A stretch of DNA of 20,000 nucleotides from assembly GCF_004010195.1 (NCBI RefSeq), contig NC_057719.1:34287220-34307219 (forward strand), read 5' to 3'. Each line of letters starts with the position of its first letter. Positions within the stretch are counted from its first letter, which is position 1. Source of the stretch: Chiloscyllium plagiosum (taxonomy: Eukaryota). The position numbers and the translations under genes were made by a program. Shown here one piece after another: positions 1 through 10,514 of this stretch. Below the pieces are notes generated by a model. That model did not search any database, was not told the origin of the DNA, and was given only the letters and a program-made list of their open reading frames with translations.

Positions 1-804
1 TGAACCAGCAGCCTCCACTTCAGCAGTGGGAGTCCAGAGAGCACAAACCAGGGGCAGCCGGGAAGGTAAATTTGAATATTAAATACTTACGTTGTGAATC
101 AGTGGAGCGATGGCTGAATAGGAGCAGAAGTGGACACAGGGACTGCTGGGTAAGTGGACGAATATATTCAGGCACTGGTTAATCTAAAACACTACATGCA
201 CAATGTGTCCCACCCGTCCTCCTCTTCTAAACTAAAAAAAGACTCTGTGTGGAGGGTTGTTAAGGTAAGGATGTTTATTTTTTTAATCACTTTTGGCAAT
301 GTAGAGAAGAGGGGATGGAAGCTAGGGCAGTTGCATGCTCCTCTTGTAGGATGTGGGAGGTAAGGGTCACCACTACTGTCCCTGCTGACCTCACTAACGA
401 TAAGTGCACCCAACTCCAGCTCCTCACAGACCGCGTTAGGGAACTGGAGCTGGATGATCTTCGGGTCATTTGGGAGGCTGAGGGGGTGATAGAGAGGAGT
501 TACAGAGAGATAATTACACCTAAGTTACAGAATAAAGGTAACTGGGTGAACATCAAGAGAGGAAAAGGGAATAAGCAGGGATCCCATGTGGCCATTCCTG
601 TCAATAATAAGTACACCACTTTGGATACTGTTGGGGGGGAACAACCTACCAAAGGAAAACCAGAACAGCCAGATCTCTGGCACTCAGCCTGGCTCTGTGA
701 CTCAGAAGGGGAGAGCGGAGAATAGGAGAGCAAAAGTGATGGGAGATTCAATGGTTAGAGGAACAGACAGGAGATTCTGTGATCACAAACAAGATTTCTG
801 GATG

Positions 805-966
805 TTCAAAATTTGGGCGAAGATTTGTAGCTCGGGTGCTCATTGCTGTGGTTCTGTTCGCCGAGCTGGGAATTTGAGTTGCAGACGTTTCGTCCCCTTG
901 TCCAGGTGACAACCTCAGTGCTTGGGAGCCTCCTGTGAAGCGCTTCTGTGATCTTTCACAGGATGA
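805..966 (-). mobile_element. Short Penelope-like pLTR fragment with hammerhead ribozyme, inserted in CR1 ORF1
   Basis: Interrupts ORF1 between RFCDHKQDFWM and CCLPG. Flanked by ATTTCTGGATG (794-804) and ATTCCTGGATG (967-977). HHR-like core on the minus strand at ~881-921. Confidence 0.8.
881..921 (-). ncRNA. Minimal type I hammerhead ribozyme relic (A9 changed to U)
   Basis: Minus strand GCA-CTGAGGT-TGTCACCTGGACAAGGGGAC-GAAACGTC-TGC: stem I GCA/TGC, stem II GTCACCT/AGGGGAC, palindromic ACGT stem III, GUC site. Confidence 0.7.
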
Positions 967-1489
967 ATTCCTGGATGGAATGTTGCCTCCCAGGTTCCAG
1001 GGTCAGGGATGTCTCGGATCGAGACTACAGGATCCTTAAGGGGGAGGGATAGCAGCCAGAATCATGGTACACATCGGTACCAATGACATAGCTAGGAAAA
1101 GGGATGAGGACCGAAAAGTGAATGTAGGGAGTTAGGTTGAAAACTAAATGACCGGATGAGCAGAGTAGTAATCTCAGGATTGCTACCAGTGACATAGGCT
1201 AGTGAGGCTAGGAACAGAGAGCGAGTGCAAATGAACACTTGGCTGCCAGGCTGGTGTAGGAGGGAAGGCTTCACAGATGTGGATCATTGGAATACCTTCT
1301 GGGGAAGGTGGGACCTGTACAAGGAGGGCGGACTGCATCTGAACTGAAGGGGCACCAATATCCTGGGCAAGAGGATTCCTAGAACTCTTCAGAAAAAGGA
1401 TGGGTTAGCTGGTAAACAGGCAGATACAGCATGCAGAGACTCTGTGAGGAAGGATAGACATTCGATAGGGCAAAGTTGCAGTCAGTGCG

Positions 1490-3873
1490 ATGGGTTGAAG
1501 TATGTCTATTTTAATGCAAGGATAATTGTTATGGACTCAGAGCTTGGATCAGTACTTGGAACTATGATGTTGTGGCCGTTATGGAGACTTGGATATCACA
1601 GGGGCAGGAATGGTTGTTGGATGTTCCAGGGTTTCAATGTTTCAAAAGGAAATTGGAGGGAGGTAAAAGAGGTGGGGGTGTAGCATTGCTAATCAGAGAC
1701 AGTATCACAGCTGCAGAAAGGGAGGTCATCGAGGAGGGTTTGTCAGAGTCAGTATGGGTGGAAGTCAGAAACAGGACAGCAGCAGTCACTTTATTGGGAG
1801 TTTTCTACAGACCCCCCAATAGCAACAGAGACACGGACGAGCAGATTGGGAGGCAGATTTTGGAAAGGTACAGAAGTAACAGGGTTGTCGTCATGGGTGA
1901 CTTCAACTTCCCTAATATTAATTAGAACCTTAGTGCGAATAGTTTGGATGGAGCAGATTTTAGCAGGTGTATCCAGGAAGGATTCCTGAATAGAGGGGAG
2001 GCCATATTGGATTTCATGCTTAAAAATGAACCAGGTCAGGTGTTAGATCCAAAGATAGGAGACCATTTTGGTGATAGTGATCGCAACTCCCTGACCTTTG
2101 GTATGGGAAAATATTTAACTGGCGGAGGGGAATAACATTACTATTAGGAACGGACTGTCGAGCATAAATTGGGAACAGATGTTCTCAGGGAAATGCACAA
2201 CAGAAATGTGGGGATTATTTAAGGAGCACTTGCTGCGAGTGCTGGATAGGTTTGTCCCACTGAGGCAAGGAAGTGATGGTAGGATGAAGGAACCTTGGAT
2301 GACAAGAGATGTGGAACATCTAGTCAAGAGGAAGGAGGAAACTTACTTGAGGTTGAGGAGGCAAGGATCAGACTGGGCTCTAGAGGGTTACAAGGTAGCC
2401 AGGAAGGAACTAAAGAATGGACTTAGGAGGACTAGAAGTGGGCATGATAAAGCCTTAGCAAGTAGGATTAAGGAAAGCCGTAAGGTATTCTATACTTATA
2501 CGAGGAACAAGAGGATGGCCAGAGTGAAGGCAGAGCTGATCAAGGATAGTGGAGGGAACTTGTGCCTTGAGTCAGTGGAGGCAGGGGAGGTCATTAATGA
2601 ATACTTTGCTTCAGTATTCACTATTGAGAGGGACCTTGTCTTTTTTGAGGATAACAGGCTGATATGTTCAAACAGGTTGATATTAAGAAGAAGGATATGC
2701 TGGAAATTGTGAAAAAAAAGACAACAGATAAGTCCCCTGGGCCAGAGTGGATATACCCAAGGTTACTACACAAAGTGAGGGAACGGATTGCTGCGCCTTT
2801 GGCGATGATCTTTGTGTCCTCACTGTCCACTGGAGTCGTACCAGATGTTTAGAGGGTGGCAAACATTATTCTCTTGTTCAAGAAAGGGAATAGGGTTAAC
2901 CCTGGGAATTACAGACCAGTCAGTCTTATGTCAGTGGTGGGCAAATTATTGGAGAGGATTCTGAAAGATAGAATTTATGATTATTTGGATAAACACAGCT
3001 TGATTAGAGATAGTCAGCATGGCTTTGTGAGAGGCAAGTCATGCCTCACAAACCTTACTGAGTTCTTTCAGGATGTGACAAAACATATTGATGAAGGTAG
3101 AGTAGTGGATATGGTGTATATGGATTTTAGCAAGATGTTTGATAAGGTTCTCCCATGGTAGGCCTATTCAGAAAGTAAGAAGGCATGGGATACAGGGAAA
3201 TTTGCTATCTGGATACAGAATTGACTGGCCCATAGAAGACAGAGGATGGTAGTAGATGGAAAGTATTCAGCCTGGAACTCGGTGACCAGTAGTGTTCCAC
3301 AGGGATCTGTTCTGGGACCTCTGCTTTTTGTGATTTTTATAAATGACCTGGATGAAGAAATGGAAGGGTGAGTTAGTAAGTTTGCTGATAACGTGAAGGT
3401 TAGTGGAGTGGTGGATAATGTGGAGGTCTGTTGTAGATTGCAACGGAACATTGACGGGATGCAGAGCTAGGCTGAGAAGTGGCAGATGGAACTCAATCTG
3501 GAAAAGTGTGATTCATTTTGGAAGGTTGAATTTGAATGCAGAATACAGGGTTCTTGGCAACGTGGAGGAACAGAAGAATCTTGGGGTGACTTGATAGAGG
3601 TGTACAAGATGAGAGGTGACTTGATAGAGGTTTACAAGATGTTGAGAGGCATAGATAGAGTGGATAGTCAGAGACTTTTTCCCAGGGCGGAAATGTCTAT
3701 CATGATGGGGCATAAGATTATTAGAGGAAGGTTTAGGGGAGATGTCACAGGTAGGTTCTTTACACAGAGGGTGGTGGGGCATGGAATGCACTGCCAGCGG
3801 TGGTAGTAGAGTCAGATGCATTAGGGACATTTAAGTGACTCTTGGATAGGCACATGGACAGCAGTAAAATGTA
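1490..3873 (+). pseudogene. CR1 ORF2 remnant: apurinic endonuclease + reverse transcriptase
   Basis: APE motifs YFNAR, ETW, GGGVALL, YRPP, GDFNFP, GDSD(R). RT motifs [42 protein letters not shown] (~3295-3321), KFADN (decayed FADD, ~3378-3392). C-terminal RGDLIEVYK and FFTQRVV. Split over many frames. Confidence 0.93.
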
Positions 3874-4705
3874 GGTTAGTCTGATCTTAGAGAATGATAA
3901 AAGGTCAGCACAACATCGATGGCCAAAGGGCCTGTACTGGGCCCTATGTTCTATGCTCTATGTTCTATACCCGAAATATCAGGTTGTTGTTGAGACTGAA
4001 GCCGTTGAAACTTATGAACTGCACCGGTTATTTGCTTGCTTTAACATCACAAACAGATACTTTATCTGGGTTTCATTTGATGTTACTCTACTTTACTAAC
4101 ATATAACTGATTGAATACACTATAGTAACTTGATTGCACTGAGAGAGTGACTGAAGGAAAGGCTAATACTGTCACATAGCATGTCTTGTAACTGTCTTAA
4201 AGTTTCACTGTCTGTATTATGTAGAATCAATCCAATAATACAATATCCCTGCTTTTTCATTTAAAGCATGAGATATGCACAAGGATGAAAATGATACAGT
4301 GTCTCTACACATTTAGATAATGCTTTGATGAATCTCCAACATGACCAGATCAAGCTCTTATTCAGTTATCACTGTTTGTCTACTTCATTCTGTGGTCTGC
4401 TGTTTATCATCACAGATGGATGTGTATATTTGTATATTTGTGGATGTCTAATTATTGTTTAGCATGACATCTTCAGTATCCGGGTCATCAGCCTGTGAGA
4501 CAGGTGATTGATTATGTGCAGTTAGATATATCACCTATTCCTTCTCCAGTCTTGACCATTTCTCAATGCTGTGTGCAATGATCTAGGTTGGACTCAATGA
4601 ACTAGTATCTCTCCAAAAACTCAAGTGTTTATAAAATGTCACATTAATACTTTATCCTGGTTCAAGTTGGGATAACTGTATAAACAGTGGGCTCTGCAAG
4701 GTCAT

Positions 4706-5280
4706 TAATAGACAAGCAGGAGGCTGGAAGAACACAGCAAGCTAGGCGACATCATGAGGTGGAGAAGTCAATGTTTTGGATATAAGCCCTCTTTAGGACT
4801 GGGGGTGGGAGTGGGGTGAGCTGCAGATAAAGGGGATGGCAAGGGCAGGGTGATGAGGTGGGGATAGGTGAAGACAGGTAGAGGATACAACCTGGTTGGT
4901 CAATGGGAGGAATGAATCCAGTTGGTGGCAGGGAGCAGTGGAGGGGAAGGGGAGGGGCTGAGAAGGAAGTCAGGGGATGGGACGGGAGGTTATTTGAAAT
5001 TGGAGAACTCAATTTTGAGTCCTCCGGGCTGTAGGCTGCCCAGGCGGAAAATGAGGTGTTGTTCCTCCAATTTATGGTGTGGTTCATTGTGTCAATAGAG
5101 GAGGCCAAGGTTGGTCATGTCGGAAGGGGAGTGGTCAGAAGAATTGAAATGGGCGGTGACGGAAGGCATGACAAAAAGGGAGTGGTTAGCGGTATGTCAG
5201 AAATGGAGTGGTTCGGGGCATGTCGGGCCTCCTGCTTCCTGCCTATCTATTTTGGATTCCAGCACCTGCAGTATTTTTGT
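4706..5280 (-). mobile_element. 5'-truncated Penelope-like element (GIY-YIG C-terminus + pLTR with HHR relic) with an inverted pLTR end
   Basis: Minus strand ~5160-4990 reads VTAHFNSSDHSPSDMTNLGLLY*HNEPHHKLEEQHLIFRLGSLQPGGLKIEFSNFK*, typical of a PLE GIY-YIG end. HHR relic AGTC-CTAAAGA-GGGCTTATATCC-AAAACATT-GACT at 4766-4800. AAGCAGGAGGC (4714-4724) is inverted at 5227-5237. Direct repeats CTCTGCAAG(G/A)TCAT at 4692-4705 and 5281-5294. Confidence 0.88.
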
Positions 5281-5399
5281 CTCTGCAAGATCATCAGGCT
5301 GAGAGTAGTGAGGAGAAGAGGTAGTATGTTAAAGTCTTCAAGAATTATTCTAATCCTAACCATTGGGGATATTTGTGGTGTGTTCACCTCCTGTTAGTT

Positions 5400-5960
5400 G
5401 TCTAACCTTCCACCACCATTCAAGAGCAGATGTGTTAGAACTGCAGAACTTAGATCTGATCAAGTGATCGTGAAATTACTTAGCCCCATTTATGGCATGC
5501 TGTTTCACTGTTTGGCATGCATCTAATTCTATATTGCAGGTTTACCAGGTTGACAATTTATTTTTAAATATACCTGCTGCTACTCCCAGCATGCTATCCT
5601 GTGTTCTTGGTTGAATCCAGATTGATCTCCCAATTTAGAGTCACGGTAAAGTGGGACATGTGGTGAACCATGAAGTTACAAATTGTGCTTGATTACAGTT
5701 CTGCTGTGACAGATGGCTCACAGAACCTCATAGATGCCCAACTTCAAAGTGCTATGACAATTTTGAGACTGTCCCATTTATATGGTAGTAATGACATATT
5801 ACTAGTAGTATCCTCAACGTGAAGACAGAACTTTGTCTCCACAAAGACTGTGCGGTGTTCATTCCAACAGATGCAGTCATGGACAGGCATATTTTCAAGA
5901 GGTAGATTGATGAAGACAAAGTCAAGTAAGTATTTTTCCCCTTGCTGATTCCCTCACTGT
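5400..5960 (-). mobile_element. Old CR1/L2-group LINE ORF2 fragment (end of APE domain and linker)
   Basis: Minus strand gives LDFVFINL (~5930-5905), HRTVFVET (SDH-motif relic, ~5858-5835) and GDQSGFNQEHRIACWE*QQVYLKINCQPGK (~5630-5540), resembling the PWF linker after APE. Confidence 0.65.
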
Positions 5961-5999
5961 GTGCCACAGACTTTTGAAGTTTGGATCAAGTGCCACAAT

Positions 6000-6087
6000 C
6001 AGATCCTCCATAATCTTGTCAAAGACAGACAGACTGAAAGGGCTGAATGGCCTACTCCAGCTTCTAATATGTATGTTCCTATGTAAC
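6000..6087 (+). mobile_element. CR1-group LINE 3' end fragment
   Basis: GGGCTGAATGGCCTACTCCAGCTTCTAATATGTATGTTCCTATG; same tail type as the minus-strand tail at ~11969-12005 and the one at ~14910-14950. Confidence 0.6.
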
Positions 6088-7285
6088 GTCTGCAAATAAT
6101 ATTACCCAAGACGAGAAAGGGATAAGAGACAATTTTTTGTCCTATTTGAAGTAAAACTTGCATAAAGAGGCAGGAATAAGAAAAAGAACATCTTGTCCTT
6201 CCGGCCACTGACATCATTACTAAACATGTTCAGGATATTGTCCACACACCAGTTGCAATGCCAATCTGCCTTGATATCAAATTTGTGTCATCCAATTCAA
6301 GTTGAGCTAGGAAACTATCCAATCAGGTTCTCCAAATTAAATTCTGCATAAGATTTCTTTTTGTTCAATTTGATGTTCTACACTCACTTGGTATCACTCT
6401 CTGTCCCTCTAATTTACTCTTCACCATCGTAATAATTTTCTCTCTCTCTCTCTTTCCTAGCCTGGTGATGTTGTACTGTCTATCCTTTCCTAAGCATCAG
6501 GTAATATTTTCTGTTAGAACTATTGAAGAAGTACAAAAAATATCGTACTGAATAGTCAGAATGAATTTTAACAGGGATAATTGTGCTGGACCCAAGCCCA
6601 TTAAATGTTTGAGCAGGTAACAGGAAGAGTATCTGTGTGTACGAGCCTGCAAAAGGTCACAAATAGTGAGCATCACAGTGACATTGATGGCCTCAGGCAT
6701 GAGCTTCTCAGCAAATCTGTGTGACTGCTGCTCTTGCTACACAATCCCACATATTTCAGTGACCAGGACAGGCTCAGTCACCTCTGGTATTGCCTCTGTC
6801 TGAAGGTGCATTGACACACTATGCTGTTATCCCTGGATGGCTGCATCCTGACTAAATTATCCCTTCGTCTGCCTGCTGCTTGTGTAGTAGTCTCAGTATT
6901 GTTCTTTGTCATATCCTTTCTTCCTGATCACAGAGTTGCAGGAATATTGAGTGAATGAGACCATGTATTATGGAAGCATTACAACTATAAAGCCATTTCA
7001 GTGGTGAGATTTATAAATTCTTCTGTTGTCCATAACCAAAACTCCACCACCACATTCTAGCTTATTACAAGCTCAAACTTACTTGTGATTTTGAAAATAT
7101 TGGCAAAATGGTAATGTCACGTTTGTGAAAGAACCAAAGCCTCAACTTTACCGACATCAATTGGTATTAATCCTTCAAATACATCCACATCATTACACCA
7201 GACTGTCTCACCTGTCAATTGAACTTGATGTCTTGCCCTCAAGTCTGCATATTTCCTCTGACAGCATTCTCAGTGTATGTGTTTT

Positions 7286-7648
7286 TCATAGAATCCCTAC
7301 GGTGTGGAAAAAGGCCTTTCAACCCATCAAGTCCTGCATCAACCCTCCAAAGATGTCCCACCTAGAACAAGCCCTAACCACCATTCTAGCCCCATGTCCC
7401 AGCATTTCCCAAGGCTAATCCACTTAACATGCACATTTCTAAGTACGACAAGATAAACTAGCATGGCCAATTCACCTAACCTGCACATCATTGGACTGTG
7501 AGAGGAAACCAGAGCACCCATAGGAAATCCACGCAGACATGGGGAGAACATGAAAACTCCACACAGACAGTAGGCACGATTGGAATCAAACCCATGTCCC
7601 TGGCACTGTGAGGCAGAAATACTAACCACCGTGCCACAATCCCACGCC
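7286..7648 (-). mobile_element. HE1-like (V-SINE) tRNA-derived SINE
   Basis: Minus strand: A-box region TGGCACGGTGGTTAGTA (7636-7620), B box GGGTTTGATTCC (7593-7582), V-domain-like TGTGTGGAGTTTTCATGTTCTCCCCATGTCTGCGTGGATTTCC, CR1-like tail ending GGGATTCTATGA. Family name from recall. Confidence 0.88.
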
Positions 7649-8439
7649 ATCACCTCCCCCTTTATGTTCAATTCCATGATTTTGACCTTTGATAATCCCA
7701 AGCCCAGACTGGAGCTGGCCCCTAAGGAATTGATCACTCTCGTGTGACTGTGAATATTCTCACTGCCAGTCAACACCCTGAGCTGGAGCCACAGGACTGC
7801 CATGCAGACAGCACGGACCTCACCATTTAGTATCCTCATTTCTGTTACCTTCACTGATTGCCTCAAGCATCAGCCCCGGCCTCACCTACCAGACATACGA
7901 CACTAGGTCTTTCCAACTTCACTCCTATCTGCCCCTGATCCCAACCTCCGTCTTTAGTTAGATCCTTCTTCTACTCTCCCATTCCTCTGACCTCACATTA
8001 CTCCAATCAAGCACTTTCTCCTCCAACATTCCAAACAAGCCATCGTTCTCCCTTGTGCTGCAGAGTTCAGCAAAGTCAACCGTCCACCTCAGGCATAACT
8101 GCACAAAGCTAACTGTTGCAATTCACATGGAGACAAAAGTGAATCATGTACCACTGTCAAAATTTCAAATGAGGATCTAATTTCCCATGACAATAATGAA
8201 AAGTAAATGTATTACAAATAGGAACATGACACAAGACATTGAGGCCAGTGCCGCCACACAGATTTTTCTCCAATTTCCATACCACAAAGCACCATCTGGA
8301 AATTGTAACTGAAGCTCCTACCTATTTGAGACATGCCACCCACTGTGATTTCTGTTCTTACAGACACTATAAAATGCCATCCATATTCTCTTGTACCTTA
8401 CTATGGGAAAAATGAGTCATGATACTTAACGTGAAGGGG

Positions 8440-8555
8440 TTCTTTTAGTGCAGTGGCAATGTGCCTACCTCTGGACCAGACAGCTTGGGTTCAAGTCCTA
8501 CCCACTCCAGAGGAGTGTAATAATATCTCTGAACTGGTCGATTAGAAGATATCCA
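8440..8555 (+). mobile_element. tRNA-derived SINE head (second family)
   Basis: A box TAGTGCAGTGG (8446-8456) and B box GGTTCAAGTCC (8488-8498) at tRNA-like spacing; no convincing cloverleaf, so not a tRNA gene. Confidence 0.6.
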
Positions 8556-8610
8556 TAATAATATATGAAAATCCCAAACTGAGTACAAATCAAGGCATTT
8601 ATTGGAAATG

Positions 8611-8737
8611 GAAGAAAGTGAGGACTGCAGATGCAGGAGATCAGAGACGAAAAGTGTGGTGCTGGAAAAGCACAGCCAGTCAGGCAGCATCTGAGGAGCG
8701 GGAGAGTCGACGTTTCAAGAATAAGCTCTTCATCAGG
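8611..8737 (-). mobile_element. ~127 bp Penelope-derived HHR cassette with TSD
   Basis: Flanked by ATTTATTGGAAATG (8597-8610) and ATTTAATGGAAATG (8738-8751). Downstream part (GCTGTGCTTTTCCAGC...GCATCTGCAGT) resembles the pLTR at 4711-4760/5227-5285. Confidence 0.88.
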
Positions 8738-8740
8738 ATT
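8705..8740 (-). ncRNA. Minimal type I hammerhead ribozyme with intact core nucleotides
   Basis: Minus strand AATC-CTGATGA-AGAGCTTATTCTT-GAAACGTC-GACT: CUGAUGA and GAAA intact, palindromic ACGU stem III, GUC triplet; stems I and II imperfect. Confidence 0.75.
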
Positions 8741-10514
8741 TAATGGAAATGCTTGTTTTACCCAGACACACAAACTTAGAAACTTTGACTAAAAATGTAA
8801 AATACAAAAGGCAAACACATTGATATTCAGAGCATTTCCTCCAATTCAGCTATTTCACATGTGACCTTAAAAATTTTACCAGGACTCCCACTGATTTCTG
8901 GCTTTAGTAAATTATGTTAGTTCAGGTTTACTGAGTCATCTCTCAGAAGCTGCACATTTTGAGAAAATGAAACTCAAGGAAGCAAAGTAATTATTGTGAT
9001 GATCATTTCAGATGCAAGAGTAACTGAAGGCATGTAAATATTACAAAGAAATTTATCAAGAACATCATTTGAAACAAGACAAATGACATTATCATGGTTA
9101 CAGTAATCATTGTTTGCATTATTTTGTTAACCCAGTCCAACCACGAATGTGCACAGCAGGTAACTTATTAAATGATCATCAGTACAGATTCTAGTCCAGA
9201 AATTGGAATTAAAAAAAACAATAGTCTATCTTATTCAGCAATTTCATCTCCACAAGACTTGTTAGCCATTCACAGAATCAGTGAACATGTCAATGCAGGA
9301 TTTCTAACAGGAACCATAGCTTAGTCAAGTATTTAAATATTAATGCATACAGAATGAGGGAGTGATTTGTTCGGTTGGTCAGGTGTTGGGCTGGGTTCAA
9401 TTTCAGTCTGGTTTCGTTAGACTTGGCAATTGCCTCTTGCTTGATGCAGAGTGGTGTCCCTTCAGCTTTACAATCAATATCTACCTGTAACAGAGGGATG
9501 CCTCTTGTCCTTTGAGGATGATGCCTAATGGCCGATCGCATAGAAGCTGAGCAATATTTGCTGCTCATCGAGCACTACCTACTCTTTTTGTCAGTTAATA
9601 TTGCCAGCTACAATTCTTACAGTAATTTGTGGGTTTCTTTACTCCAGCCAGTCGGATTCACTTCAGAACCAGCTCCTCCACATGAAAACAAAGAGGGATA
9701 ACACTATCAACAACATTTAATTGTATTCTATTGAATGGTCCAAGTAGTAACATTGGTTTTACTCAGGTTTTGCAATTTCTTTATTCTAACATTAGTGCCA
9801 CAACATTTTTGCAACATTTTATGCCAACATTTACAATAGGAAGTTGTATTCAACACTTGCCTGTCACTGTGTAATTGAAACCTTCTGTTCAAGATGTTTT
9901 TGTTCCCCTTTTTAAAAAAGAAGTATTACTGTTTGACTGTGCCTGAGGATTTTAATGTTTGAATAATTTGCATTTTTGAGCTTCTAGGTCTTTGATTCCT
10001 GTTTTGGTCTCCTTTTCCCATTTCAACCTTGATTGCAGCCATACAATTGGATGAGAGCCTGGTGTCTCCTATTTATCAACTCTGGCCTCCCAGACATGTT
10101 CTCTGAACATACCAACACTGCACACTGCTCCCTCCACCATCCCAACTCCCCTTCTCCTGGGCATCCGAGTCCGACCATGTTCTCCAACCATCACACTTGT
10201 TTTGGTAAATTCCACCCTGTACTTTTATTGATCAGCTCTGGGGTCCTGTATAACCTTGTGTTTCCATTTTTGTCTTCAACAGAAAATTGACACTCTGAGC
10301 TTTGTAATTTAATGAAAATGTGAAAGCACAAAAGTTCAGAGGTTCGCACTGGAGAATTTTGATAAGCTTTATCTCAGTGTCAAAGGTTACATGGCAAACA
10401 GATAACTAGGCTGTACTCACAAGCCTGTCGATGAGTTTAACCATGTAGCATGTGGGACTGTAGGTCTCACAACACTTTAACAGACTAGTGAACATTTTTA
10501 GTAGACAGTAGATA

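Larger units (their letters stand above)
315..1400 (+). pseudogene. CR1 ORF1 remnant: zinc finger/leucine zipper plus SGNH (GDSL-like) esterase
   Basis: MEARAVACSSCRMW...KCTQLQLLTDRVRELELDDL (CxxC then heptad leucines). Block I MGDSMVRG (~739-762), CCLPGSRV (~981-1005), block III HIGTND (~1069-1087), block V relic GLHLN (~1330-1344). Interrupted by a PLE insert at 805-966. Confidence 0.88.
1..3968 (+). mobile_element. Near full-length, decayed CR1-clade LINE (5' UTR, ORF1, ORF2, 3' tail); 5' end may lie left of the window
   Basis: Ordered ORF1 (315-~1400) and APE-RT ORF2 (~1490-3873) remnants, then a short 3' UTR ending in a (CTATGTT)n-like tail at 3944-3968. Many stops and frameshifts. Confidence 0.95.

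Noticed and set aside
5165..5226. CRISPR-like array (also considered at 3585-3641 and 12257-12285)
   Set aside because: Tandem units without unique spacers, in vertebrate repeat context.
4752..5397. ORFs 4752-5108(-), 5056-5397(+), 5111-5302(+)
   Set aside because: Off-frame or antisense readings of the Penelope fragment.
7339..7866. 175-aa minus-strand ORF
   Set aside because: More than half is the HE1-like SINE, it has a non-ATG start, and no domain is recognisable.
7650..8060. C-rich segment (also ~10080-10200) as a decayed LINE
   Set aside because: Composition is suggestive, but no diagnostic motif could be read.
8440..8510. tRNA gene
   Set aside because: A and B boxes are present but there is no convincing acceptor stem, so it is treated as a SINE head.
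9528..9701. Plus-strand short ORF MADRIEAEQYLLLIEHY...
   Set aside because: Short, with no recognised homology or splice support; it overlaps the minus-strand candidate.
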